A stretch of DNA of 64,000 bases from Acidimicrobiales bacterium (GCA_035552095.1 DASZMA010000096.1:26883-90882), one strand, 5' to 3'. Shown: positions 18,531 to 26,584, counted from the stretch's first letter. Notes: a model not told the origin generated them from the letters alone. A program made the numbers and translations.

Positions 18531-19918
18531 GGGCGAACCGGCGCCTTGCAACTGCGCAACGTGGTGGTGACGCTCCACCCGCCTTCGGTCCCGGGCCCAG
18601 CGCTGAGCGTCCCACCGAAGGCCGAGGCGCGCTCGGCCATGCCTGCCATGCCGTGGCCGCCCCCGCTCTGGCCGCCCCCGCTCTGTCCGCTGCCGCTGCT
18701 GTAGCCGGTGCCGGTGCCGTTCCGGTGGCCGTTGCGCCCCGCCACCGGGGCGGCCAACGCGCCGGCCGCGGCGCGCCCGTTGTCGGTCACCCGCACCGTC
18801 AGGTCGGGATCGTGGAACGACAGGGCCACCTCCACGGCGTCGGCCGAGGCGGCGTGCTTCAGCGCGTTGGTCAGCGCCTCCTGGACAATCCGGTAGACGG
18901 TCAGTCCCGCCGCCTCGGAGAGGGCGAAGGGCTCGCCGGCCTGGGCCACGGTGACGGCCAGGCCGGTGGAGCAGACCCGCTCGACCAGGGCTTCCAGCTC
19001 GCCGAGGCCGGGCGGCGGGGCCAGGGCGGCCGGCGTCCGGTCCGTGCCCATCGAACCGGCCCGGGTGTCGGGGCCGCCATCGCGCAGCAGGCCCAGCAGA
19101 CGGCGCATGTCACCCAGCGCCTGGCGGCCGGTGCTGGAGACCTCGCCCATGGCCTCGACGGCCCGCTGGGGGTCGGAGCGCTCGGCGATGGCGGCGGCAT
19201 CGGCCAGGGTCACCATCACCTGGATGTTGTGCGACACCATGTCGTGCATTTCGCGGGCGATGCGGGCGCGCTCGGCGGCGGCGGCCAGCGACGCCTGCTG
19301 GTCGCGTTCGAGCTCAAGGCTCCGGGCCCGTTCGGCCAACCAACCCAGCTGGCTGCGCAGCGCCCGGACCACCACGCCGGCCATCAGCGCGGCAAAGGCC
19401 ATGCCGGTGAGGAAGATCACTGACTTGAAGTAGTTCCCGACCGGGGCCCAGCGCACGGTGGCCAGGATCACGCCGATCTCGAGGATGATGGAGGCCACCG
19501 CCACCTGAATCCAATCGGAGTCGGCCGCCACTGTGTACAGCGCCACCAGCAGGGCGGCGTCCGCCAGGAGCGGCACGGTGACCCCCCACTGCACCGCGGC
19601 CACCACGGCCAGCACCAAAAAGACGCCCATGGGGGCCCGCCGCCGCAGGATCAAGGGCAGCGTCAGCCCGGCCACAAACCCGAGGTCGGGGTGACGGCCC
19701 AGCGAATGCACGTACCAGCCCGAACAGAACACGAAGAGCCCGACGGCGATGACGGTATCGACCACGATGGCGAAGCGCTGGTCCCAGGCGCGCAGGCGCT
19801 CCCAGGCCCGCCAGGCGGCGTCGGCCGGGTGGCCCCACTCTTCGGGGCCCGCCGGCGTGGCCGGTGCCCGTCCGAGCCGGAACCGGGCGGCGGGGCCGCC
19901 GTCGTCAGTGGGGGACAT
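18527..19918 (-). CDS. Sensor histidine kinase, HisKA_3 (DesK/LiaS/NarX-like)
   Basis: H-box REMHDMVSHN and N-box NALKHA, with N-terminal TM segments. I place the start at ATG 19918, preceded by GGAAAGAGGA. The longer track ORF (to 20398) is an upstream extension. Confidence 0.85.
   Translation of the reverse strand: MSPTDDGGPAARFRLGRAPATPAGPEEWGHPADAAWRAWERLRAWDQRFAIVVDTVIAVGLFVFCSGWYVHSLGRHPDLGFVAGLTLPLILRRRAPMGVFLVLAVVAAVQWGVTVPLLADAALLVALYTVAADSDWIQVAVASIILEIGVILATVRWAPVGNYFKSVIFLTGMAFAALMAGVVVRALRSQLGWLAERARSLELERDQQASLAAAAERARIAREMHDMVSHNIQVMVTLADAAAIAERSDPQRAVEAMGEVSSTGRQALGDMRRLLGLLRDGGPDTRAGSMGTDRTPAALAPPPGLGELEALVERVCSTGLAVTVAQAGEPFALSEAAGLTVYRIVQEALTNALKHAASADAVEVALSFHDPDLTVRVTDNGRAAAGALAAPVAGRNGHRNGTGTGYSSGSGQSGGGQSGGGHGMAGMAERASAFGGTLSAGPGTEGGWSVTTTLRSCKAPVRP
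18654..18683. repeat. Perfect 15-bp tandem duplication (GGCCGCCCCCGCTCT x2) inside the kinase ATPase domain
   Basis: Read directly. In frame, it encodes the duplicated SGGGQ/SGGGH within a Gly/Ser-rich insert. Confidence 0.9.
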
Positions 19919-19992
19919 GGGGTCCTCTTTCCCTTCCAGGAGCGACCGCGATCGTAGTGCGGGCTTCCGGTCTTCCCGCTGCGGCCACGCCA

Positions 19993-20006
19993 GGTTGTGC
20001 ACAACC
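19993..20006. promoter_or_regulatory. Perfect 14-bp palindrome GGTTGTGCACAACC in the kinase/ABC divergent intergenic region
   Basis: Read directly. It lies 75-88 bp upstream of the kinase start. Confidence 0.3.
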
Positions 20007-20039
20007 ACCTTGCCTATCGGGGGCCTGACCTCCCGCACC

Positions 20040-20079
20040 TCATCCCTGAGGATGAATCTTCCCGGTCCGTTCATCCCTG
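20040..20079. promoter_or_regulatory. Direct repeat TCATCCCTG (x2, 31 bp apart); the first copy is part of the inverted repeat TCATCC-N4-GGATGA
   Basis: Read directly. It lies 60-100 bp upstream of the ABC ATPase start and is a candidate response-regulator box. Confidence 0.3.
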
Positions 20080-20140
20080 GGGCCAATGCGAATCGGCCGG
20101 GGCCGGCCGTAGCGTCATTGCTGTGCCCGTACTCGACCAC

Positions 20141-21130
20141 GTGACCGCCGCCACGGCGACGCCGACCACCACCGACCTGGCCGTGAGCGCCACCGGCCTG
20201 ACCAAACGCTTCGGCGACCGGATCGTCGTCGACCACCTGGATCTGGCCATTCCGGTCGGCTCGGTCTGCGGCTTCGTCGGCCCCAACGGGGCCGGCAAGA
20301 CCACCACCATCCGCATGCTGCTCGGCCTGATCGATCCCACCGCGGGCTCCGGCACCGTGCTCGGGGGTGACCTGCGGGACCCGGCCAGCTACCTGCACAA
20401 GGTCGGGGCCCTCATTGAGTCGCCCGCGTTCTACCCTCAGCTCAGCGGCAAGGACAACCTGCTCGTCCTAACCCGGCTGGGCCGCATCGACAGCTCCATG
20501 ATTGCCGCCGTGCTCGACCGGGTCGGCCTGCTGCAGCGGGCCACCGACCTCTTCCGCACCTACTCCCTCGGCATGAAGCAACGGCTGGGCATCGCCGCCG
20601 CCATGCTGGCCTCCCCTGAGCTGCTCATCCTGGACGAGCCGACCAACGGCCTGGACCCGGCCGGCATCGTCGAGACGCGGGACCTGATCCGCTCACTGGC
20701 CGACGAGGGCATGGCCATCCTGATCTCGAGCCACCTGTTGGCCGAGATCGAACACATCTGCGACCGCCTGGTCATGATCAGCGATGGTCGGACCGTCTTC
20801 CAGGGCGAGGTCGCCGGACTTCGAGCGACGCGAGGCAGCGAGTTGTTACTCCGCCCCGAGTCAGCCGCGCACCTCGCGCCGCTCGTGGAACTGGTGCAGG
20901 GGGCCGGCTTCGTCACCCGGCTGGAGGACCTCACGCCGGGGGTGCAATCGGTGGTGGTCGAGGCCGGACTGGAGGACGCCGCCGCGCTCAACCGTCTCAG
21001 CATGAACGCCGGGATTGTGCTGATCCACCTCTCGCAGCGCACCCGCTCGCTGGAGGAGGCCTTCTTCGAGCTCACCGGCACCCACTCGCGCGACACCGTC
21101 GCCACCCACTCCCTCGGAGGCATCAAATGA
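20141..21130 (+). CDS. ABC transporter ATP-binding protein (ABC-2/DrrA-like exporter ATPase)
   Basis: Walker A GPNGAGKTT, signature YSLGMKQR and Walker B LLILDEPTNGLD. The start is uncertain (GTG 20141 or 20123). The track ORF from 19997 is probably too long. Confidence 0.85.
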   Translation: MTAATATPTTTDLAVSATGLTKRFGDRIVVDHLDLAIPVGSVCGFVGPNGAGKTTTIRMLLGLIDPTAGSGTVLGGDLRDPASYLHKVGALIESPAFYPQLSGKDNLLVLTRLGRIDSSMIAAVLDRVGLLQRATDLFRTYSLGMKQRLGIAAAMLASPELLILDEPTNGLDPAGIVETRDLIRSLADEGMAILISSHLLAEIEHICDRLVMISDGRTVFQGEVAGLRATRGSELLLRPESAAHLAPLVELVQGAGFVTRLEDLTPGVQSVVVEAGLEDAAALNRLSMNAGIVLIHLSQRTRSLEEAFFELTGTHSRDTVATHSLGGIK

Positions 21131-21915
21131 TCCTGGCCGCCTTCCGCAGTGAATGGGTGAAGCTCCGCCGCCGCACGTTGTTGCTCGGCACCTTCGGGGG
21201 GCTGACCGTTGCCGCCTCCCTCTTCAGCGTGCTCACCTTCTCGCAGGCCCCGGCGACGGGGGAAGGCGGGGGCGGCCTACCCAGCCTGGCGGAGCTGGCC
21301 CGGCCCAACGGTCTGATCCACGGTCTCGACTTCGCCATCCTTCTGCTGGGCATTGTGGCCTTCGGGATCGCGGCGTCCCAGATGGCCAATGAGTACAGCC
21401 TGGGCACCCTGCGCCAGCTGCTGGTGCGCCAACCCCGCCGTTCCAAGCTGCTCATCGGCAAGTACCTCGGCGTGATCTCCTTCCTGGTGGCGGCCATCGC
21501 GGTGGCGGCGGTCCTGACCGGCTGTGTCGACGTCCTCCTGGCCCACCTGCGCCACGTGCCGACCCACGCCTGGTTCACGTCCACCGGCATCACCGACCTG
21601 ACCCGGGCCCTGGGCGAACTGTTGCTGGCCAGTGTCGGCTTCGCCACGCTCGGCATGGTGGCCGGCCTCTTCCTACGGTCCTCGGTCTTCGCCGTGATCG
21701 TCGGGTTCGCCTACCTGTTGCCGCTGGAGCAGCTCATTGAGCGCATCTTCCCGGGCAGCAAACGCTGGCTGCCGGGTCAGCAACTGACCTACATCGGCCA
21801 GGGCGGCGCCCCGGCGTCCAGCTTCTCGCGCTCCCTGCTTATCGGCGCGATCTACCTCGCCGTGGCCGGTGCGTTCGCCGTCTACAGCTTCACCCGGCGC
21901 GACGTGACCGCCTGA
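21127..21915 (+). CDS. ABC-2 type transporter permease
   Basis: ATGA overlap with the ATPase stop. 262 aa with about 6 TM segments. Confidence 0.7.
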   Translation: MILAAFRSEWVKLRRRTLLLGTFGGLTVAASLFSVLTFSQAPATGEGGGGLPSLAELARPNGLIHGLDFAILLLGIVAFGIAASQMANEYSLGTLRQLLVRQPRRSKLLIGKYLGVISFLVAAIAVAAVLTGCVDVLLAHLRHVPTHAWFTSTGITDLTRALGELLLASVGFATLGMVAGLFLRSSVFAVIVGFAYLLPLEQLIERIFPGSKRWLPGQQLTYIGQGGAPASSFSRSLLIGAIYLAVAGAFAVYSFTRRDVTA

Positions 21916-21916
21916 G

Positions 21917-22792
21917 CTAGGCCTTGGCCGCGGCCTCCCGGCAGGCGTCCAGCCCGTCGAAGGTCGGGGCCACCTCGTCGGCGCTGAAGCAGAAGAACAG
22001 GGCGGCCACGGCATCGGCGCCGGCCTCGGCGTACTGCTCGACGATCTCGGGGGTGAGCGCGTTGAAGTAGGGGCAGACGGTGATGCGCAGTTCCTCTCGT
22101 GTCCGGCCCGCTTCGGCCAGGAACACGTCGAGTCGGGCCAACCCCTCGGCCAGCTCGGCGGGGGAGCGGTTGAAGGTGTGCCAGCCCTGCCCGGACCGGG
22201 CCACCCGGCGCAGCGCGGCGTCGGTCTCCCCCCCGATGTGGACGGGGGGGTGGGGTTGTTGAATCGGCTTGGGGAACATCTCGCAGGGGGGCAGGGTGTA
22301 GGTCTCGCCCACGAATGACGACGTGTCGTCGCACCACAAGGTGTGCAGCACCTCGAGGTACTCGTCGGTGCGCCGGCCGCGCCGGGGCCACGGCACGTTG
22401 AGAGCGTCGAACTCCTCCTGCAACCACCCCACGCCGACGCCCAGGTCGACCCGGCCCCCCGAGAGCCAGTCAAGGGAGGAGACCTCCTTGGCCGTATAGA
22501 CCGGATTGCGTTGGGGCAGCAGCAGCATGGCGGTGCCCAGGCGGACGGCCCGGGTCAGCGCGGCCAGATAGGAGAGGGTCACCATGGGTTCGAGCAGGCC
22601 CGAGCCCGAGGGGGCCGGGATGCGGCCGTCCGCCGCGTAGGGGTAGTCGCTGGCGTACTGCTCGAAGAGCACGACGTGCTCGCCCACCCACAGGGTGGCG
22701 ATGCCGCGGTCCTCGGACTCCCGCCCGACGGCGTCGAGGAGGTCGAAGGTGGTCATGGGGCTGGCCGTGGGCAGCCACAGGTCGAACTGCAC
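21917..22792 (-). CDS. Luciferase-like monooxygenase (LLM) class, probably F420-dependent oxidoreductase
   Basis: 291 aa. The N-terminus (FDLLDAVGRESEDRGIATLWVGEHVV) and length are typical of actinobacterial LLM/F420 enzymes. Confidence 0.75.
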   Translation of the reverse strand: MQFDLWLPTASPMTTFDLLDAVGRESEDRGIATLWVGEHVVLFEQYASDYPYAADGRIPAPSGSGLLEPMVTLSYLAALTRAVRLGTAMLLLPQRNPVYTAKEVSSLDWLSGGRVDLGVGVGWLQEEFDALNVPWPRRGRRTDEYLEVLHTLWCDDTSSFVGETYTLPPCEMFPKPIQQPHPPVHIGGETDAALRRVARSGQGWHTFNRSPAELAEGLARLDVFLAEAGRTREELRITVCPYFNALTPEIVEQYAEAGADAVAALFFCFSADEVAPTFDGLDACREAAAKA

Positions 22793-22793
22793 G

Positions 22794-23417
22794 TCAGCCG
22801 CCCAGGCCGTGCACCACGAAGGAGCAGATCTCCTCGGTGGCCTGGCCCACCGGGACCGGGCTGGGCTCGCCCGCCCGCACCGAGAGGACGCCGTAGATCT
22901 GCTGGCCGATCAGCACGACCGCCCGGTCCTGGTCCAGGTCGCGGCGGAAGAGGCCGCTCTCCACGCCACTGGTGATGATCTCCTCCAGCAGGCGGATCAC
23001 GTCGAGGCCGATCCACATGAGGGCCCCACCGACCGCGGCCGAGCCCGCCGCCGTGCTGGTGGACTGGGTGGCCATGGCCAGGCGGAAGAAGGACGGGCTG
23101 TCGTCGATGCGCTCGAGCACGCCCGAGATCAGGGCCCGCAACCGTTCCAGCGGGGCGGCGGTGTCCTCGAAGAGAGGGGCGATGGTCTCCTTGAGCCGGT
23201 CGTACATGGACTGCACGCAGGCCTGGAGCAGTTCGTCCCGGTTGGCGAAGTAGACGTAGACGGTGGAGCGGGCCACCCCGGCCTGGGTGGCGATCTCGTC
23301 CATGGAGACTTCGGTGGTGCCCCGGTCACCGAAGAGCCGGCGCGCCGTCTCAATGATCTGGTCCCGCCGGAAGTCCCGGATCACTTCTTTGAGCGCATCA
23401 GGGGCGCGTCGCGCCAT
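22794..23417 (-). CDS. TetR family transcriptional regulator
   Basis: N-terminal HTH IIETARRLFGDRGTTEVSMDEIATQAGVARSTVYVYF. Confidence 0.85.
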   Translation of the reverse strand: MARRAPDALKEVIRDFRRDQIIETARRLFGDRGTTEVSMDEIATQAGVARSTVYVYFANRDELLQACVQSMYDRLKETIAPLFEDTAAPLERLRALISGVLERIDDSPSFFRLAMATQSTSTAAGSAAVGGALMWIGLDVIRLLEEIITSGVESGLFRRDLDQDRAVVLIGQQIYGVLSVRAGEPSPVPVGQATEEICSFVVHGLGG

Positions 23418-23450
23418 GGATCCCCCTCGTCCTGGTTACGGCTCGGAACT

Positions 23451-24689
23451 TTACCGAGCGATGCGTGCGCCCGGGGTGAATGCCACCGGAAGGTGCTTCA
23501 CCCCGTTGATGAACTGCGACTGCAGGCGCTGCACGTCACCAGCCTGGTGGATGTCGGGTAGGCGGTCCAGCAGGTGCTCGAACATCACCCGGATCTCCAT
23601 GCGGGCCAGATTGGCCCCCAGGCAGAAGTGGGGCCCACCGCCGCCGAAGGCGATGTGGGGATTGGGGTCACGGCCGATGTCGAAGACGTCGGGGTTCTCG
23701 AAGATGTCCTCGTCCCGGTTGCCCGAGCAGTGGTAGAAGACCACCTTGTCGCCCTCGGCGACTTTGGTGTCGCTCAGGACGACGTCCATCATGGCGGTGC
23801 GGCGGAAGTTCATGACCGGGGAGACGAAGCGCAGCATCTCGTCGGCGGCCGTCGGCAGGAGGGTGCGGTCGGCCAGCAGGCGCTGCCACTGCTCGGGGTT
23901 CAAGAAGAAGGCGTGCATGCCCCCGGACATCAGGTTGCGGGTCGTCTCGTTGCCGGCCACGGTGAGCAGGAGGAAGAACAGCTCGAGCTCCAGGTCGGTG
24001 AGCCGCTCGCCCTCCACCTCGACGCTGGTCAGCACGCTCATCAGGTCGGCCTGGGGATCGATTCGCTTCTTCCCGAACAGGTCGGCTGCGTAGGCGTAGA
24101 GCTCCATGGCGGCGCTTTCGGCCATGCTCGCCTCCTCCTGGTACTCCGGATCCGCATTGCCCACCATCCGGTTGGACCAGTCGAACATTTTGTGGCGGTC
24201 CTCCTGGGGGACGCCGAGCAGCTCGGCGATGACCTGGAGCGGCAGTTCGGCCGAGAGGTCGGTCACGAAGTCGGCGGTCCCCGCCTCAATGACCTGGTCG
24301 ATGATGTTGTCGGCCGCCCTATGAATGCTCTCCTCGAGGTCGCGCACGGTGCGCGGGGTGAACCCCTTGTTGACCAGCCGGCGGTAGCGGGTGTGCAGGG
24401 GCGGGTCCATGTTGAGCATCATCAGGCCCTGCTGGGCGATCTCTTCCTCGCCCATCTCAAAGGGCATGGTCCCCTTGGTGGCCGAGCTGAAGCGCTCGAA
24501 GTCGCGGTTGACCGTGACGCAGTCGTCGTAGCGGGTGACGGCCCAGTAGCCCGGGCCCCCCGGCTCGTCCTGCCAGTGCACCGGATCGTTCCGGCGCAGG
24601 TGGGCCAGCCAGGCATGGGGGACGCTCGGCACGAACGTCAGCGGGTCGGATAGATCGACGGGGGTCACGCGAGCCGCGGTATCGGGCAT
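23451..24689 (-). CDS. Cytochrome P450, CYP125/CYP124/CYP142-like clade
   Basis: Heme loop FGGGGPHFCLGANLAR, I-helix AGNETT and ExxR (EMLRF). Long colinear similarity to my recollection of M. tuberculosis CYP125 (e.g. LNMDPPLHTRYRRLVNKGFTPR, ELPLQVIAELLGVPQEDR). Start at ATG 24689, preceded by AAGAGGAG. Confidence 0.9.
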   Translation of the reverse strand: MPDTAARVTPVDLSDPLTFVPSVPHAWLAHLRRNDPVHWQDEPGGPGYWAVTRYDDCVTVNRDFERFSSATKGTMPFEMGEEEIAQQGLMMLNMDPPLHTRYRRLVNKGFTPRTVRDLEESIHRAADNIIDQVIEAGTADFVTDLSAELPLQVIAELLGVPQEDRHKMFDWSNRMVGNADPEYQEEASMAESAAMELYAYAADLFGKKRIDPQADLMSVLTSVEVEGERLTDLELELFFLLLTVAGNETTRNLMSGGMHAFFLNPEQWQRLLADRTLLPTAADEMLRFVSPVMNFRRTAMMDVVLSDTKVAEGDKVVFYHCSGNRDEDIFENPDVFDIGRDPNPHIAFGGGGPHFCLGANLARMEIRVMFEHLLDRLPDIHQAGDVQRLQSQFINGVKHLPVAFTPGARIAR

Positions 24690-24784
24690 TCGGACAGCTC
24701 CTCTTGGGAATCGGACATAGTGTCCGATAATTGAGATAGTAAGTCTTTCGGGGTCGGAGGTCAAGACAACCCCGGTGGCGGAAT

Positions 24785-25105
24785 TCAGTCGGGGTCGTCG
24801 GTCGGAGGCAGGATGGCCACCGATTTGGTGGGGTCGTCCGGATCGAGGATGACCCGTAACCGCTCGTCGGCGTCGGGTGGGTCACCCGGCGCTTCGGCCG
24901 TCAGGACCGGTTCGTTCTTGTTGGGATAGAAGATCTCCTGCAGCCCGAGCGCCATCCCGGTGGCCATCCCGCCGATGGCCGAGCGCCGACGCCAGGCGTC
25001 GAAGCGCCGGGAGGCCAGGTCTTCGCTGGCCTGGTCTTCGTGGGCCTGGTCTTCGTGGGCCTGGTCGTCAGGCTCGGGAGGTTCGATGCGATCCATGATC
25101 GCAGC
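24785..25105 (-). CDS. Hypothetical acidic protein with tandem DQAHE repeats
   Basis: GC3-rich frame. Contains (E)DQAHE-DQAHE-DQASE-DLAS encoded by a 15-bp tandem repeat, plus one hydrophobic segment (AIGGMATGMALGL). No family recognised. Confidence 0.5.
   Translation of the reverse strand, partial: AAIMDRIEPPEPDDQAHEDQAHEDQASEDLASRRFDAWRRRSAIGGMATGMALGLQEIFYPNKNEPVLTAEAPGDPPDADERLRVILDPDDPTKSVAILPPTDDPD
25013..25072. repeat. 15-bp tandem repeat x4 (GGCCTGGTCTTCGTG consensus)
   Basis: Read directly. The two central units are identical and the outer two diverge by 2-4 nt. In frame within the acidic ORF. Confidence 0.9.
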
Positions 25106-25134
25106 ATCGGGCGGCCGCGGCCGGTCGGCGCCGC

Positions 25135-25686
25135 CTATTGGGGCGCGATGGCCGTCGGCAGGCTCCGCTGAATGTCCCAGAGGTGGTGGCACACCTCGTG
25201 GGCGTTGCGCTGGACGATGTCGAAGGCGCAGATGGCGCCCGCTTCAGGGTGGGGCGTCGAGACGTCGTGCGGCGCCTCCAGGGCCGCGGTGCGCCACGAC
25301 CGCACGGCGGCGATCAGGGCGACCAGACCGACCATCGGCGAGAGCTGGTCATAGGCCCGGCTCTCCGCCATCAGGTTCTCGTCCCAGGCGGGCACGCCGA
25401 ACGATGGGTCGGCGCTCAGCGTCCACAACCGCTCGGTGCCGAAGCGGAGCACGTCAACGGTGTGCCAGACATAGCGGCTGGCCGACCACAGGCCGGGTTC
25501 CACCGCGGCGCTGGGGTCGATTCTCGAGAGGGCGGCGCCGAACACCGCCACGCCGCGCACACACCGGCCGACCAGGTTGTCGAAGTCCGTCTCGTCCCAG
25601 TCGAACTGACACTCCTCACACAGCCCGGCATGGTGGTCCCAGGCGGCGAAGGCGTCAGCCGGCGGCGACTGGCCGTGGGTGGTCAT
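25135..25686 (-). CDS. DinB/DinB_2-like metal-dependent superfamily protein
   Basis: 183 aa. The His pattern (WHTVD..., NAHEVCHHLWD) and helical composition resemble DinB_2 / mycothiol-dependent enzyme N-terminal domains. ATG 25686 overlaps the upstream small ORF stop (ATGA). Confidence 0.55.
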   Translation of the reverse strand: MTTHGQSPPADAFAAWDHHAGLCEECQFDWDETDFDNLVGRCVRGVAVFGAALSRIDPSAAVEPGLWSASRYVWHTVDVLRFGTERLWTLSADPSFGVPAWDENLMAESRAYDQLSPMVGLVALIAAVRSWRTAALEAPHDVSTPHPEAGAICAFDIVQRNAHEVCHHLWDIQRSLPTAIAPQ

Positions 25687-25922
25687 CGATCCCGGCCGCC
25701 CGCGTTGGCCAGATGCCAGCCCGAGCAGTAGTCGCACCGGTAGACCTTCAACTCGACATCAGCCTCCACCCGCTTCTCATCGGCCACGCTGAGCGCCTCA
25801 CCTTGAGTGGAGTAGGAGGTTTTGGGCGCACCGTCGGCCCGCCAGTGTGCGCCGATGGAGAAGGACCGGGGCTCGTTGCCGCCCGGCCGTTCTCCGGGCC
25901 GGTTGTTGCGCCTTCGGGCCAT
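25683..25922 (-). CDS. Small basic hypothetical protein with C-terminal CxxC (YRCDYCSGWH)
   Basis: 79 aa from ATG 25922. Translationally coupled to the DinB-like gene. No family recognised. Confidence 0.45.
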   Translation of the reverse strand: MARRRNNRPGERPGGNEPRSFSIGAHWRADGAPKTSYSTQGEALSVADEKRVEADVELKVYRCDYCSGWHLANAGGRDR

Positions 25923-26065
25923 CGTCCCATTGTGGTGGCAAAACGGCGGGCGACTCTTCATGGGGGCGGGGAGAGGGCGATCTAGCCGGCTGGAGGTAAA
26001 GACGACCGCAGGGGTGCTCCGTCATTCCATCAGCCTGTTTAAGCGATCATTGTCATGGGCAGCCT

Positions 26066-26077
26066 AAACGATCGTTT
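26066..26077. promoter_or_regulatory. Perfect 12-bp palindrome AAACGATCGTTT upstream of lsr2
   Basis: Read directly. It lies about 125 bp upstream of the lsr2 ATG in the most AT-rich segment of the window. Confidence 0.3.
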
Positions 26078-26201
26078 GGATTGCAATCGCGCCATTTAGC
26101 ACCATTGCGCCGGCGCTTTCTTAGCGGTCTTCTAGCTTTGGCGGTTAGCCCACTAGCCCGAACAGTTGGCTTATCGCCCTTTGATCTGTCATTATGAATG
26201 C

Positions 26202-26549
26202 ATGGCAAAAACGGTAATAGTCAAGTTGACCGACGATATCGATGGCGGGGATGCCGAAGAGACGGTCCATTTTTCCTTGGACGGAAAGTCCTACGAAATA
26301 GATGTCAATAGTGAAAATGCCAGCCGGGTGCGGGCCGCCTTTACGCCGTTTATTGAAAAAGGGCGGGGCAGCGGTACTAATGGCCGGACCCGTACCGTCC
26401 GGCCCACCAGCGCCCCAGGGGAGAAGACCCTGTTCTCCCAGCTCAGCAGCGAAGAGAAAGAGCGGTTCCGGACCTGGGCCAACATGGCCACAGCGCGCCG
26501 GATCAGCGATAGCCGGGTAAACAGCTGGGTGGCCGCCGGCAAGCCTTAG
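26202..26549 (+). CDS. lsr2: Lsr2-family nucleoid-associated protein (atypical C-terminal DNA-binding motif)
   Basis: The N-terminus MAKTVIVKLTDDIDGGDAEETVHFSLDGKSYEIDV parallels the M. tuberculosis Lsr2 N-terminus (MAKKVTVTLVDDFDG...VEFGLDGVTYEIDL). The C-terminal domain is recognisable (ERFRTWA...), but the SxRGRI clamp is replaced by SDSRVN. Confidence 0.8.
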   Translation: MAKTVIVKLTDDIDGGDAEETVHFSLDGKSYEIDVNSENASRVRAAFTPFIEKGRGSGTNGRTRTVRPTSAPGEKTLFSQLSSEEKERFRTWANMATARRISDSRVNSWVAAGKP

Positions 26550-26584
26550 GCTGGCCAAAGCTTGGGCCTGATTTTATAGTCGTA

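Noticed and set aside
19919-20398. N-terminal extensions of track ORFs: kinase to 20398, smpB to 58769, mmsA to 41626, Plc from 29820, P450 to 24764, PrmC-like to 63360, MBL from 60359.
   Set aside because: The extensions run through intergenic or oppositely coded DNA and have junk-like composition. Internal starts with SD-like sequences reproduce canonical family N-termini.
26551-26580. Terminator hairpin after lsr2 (GGCCAAAGCTTGGGCC followed by TGATTTTAT).
   Set aside because: The palindrome leaves no loop unless the stem shrinks to about 4 bp, which is too weak to call. The T-rich tail alone is not evidence.
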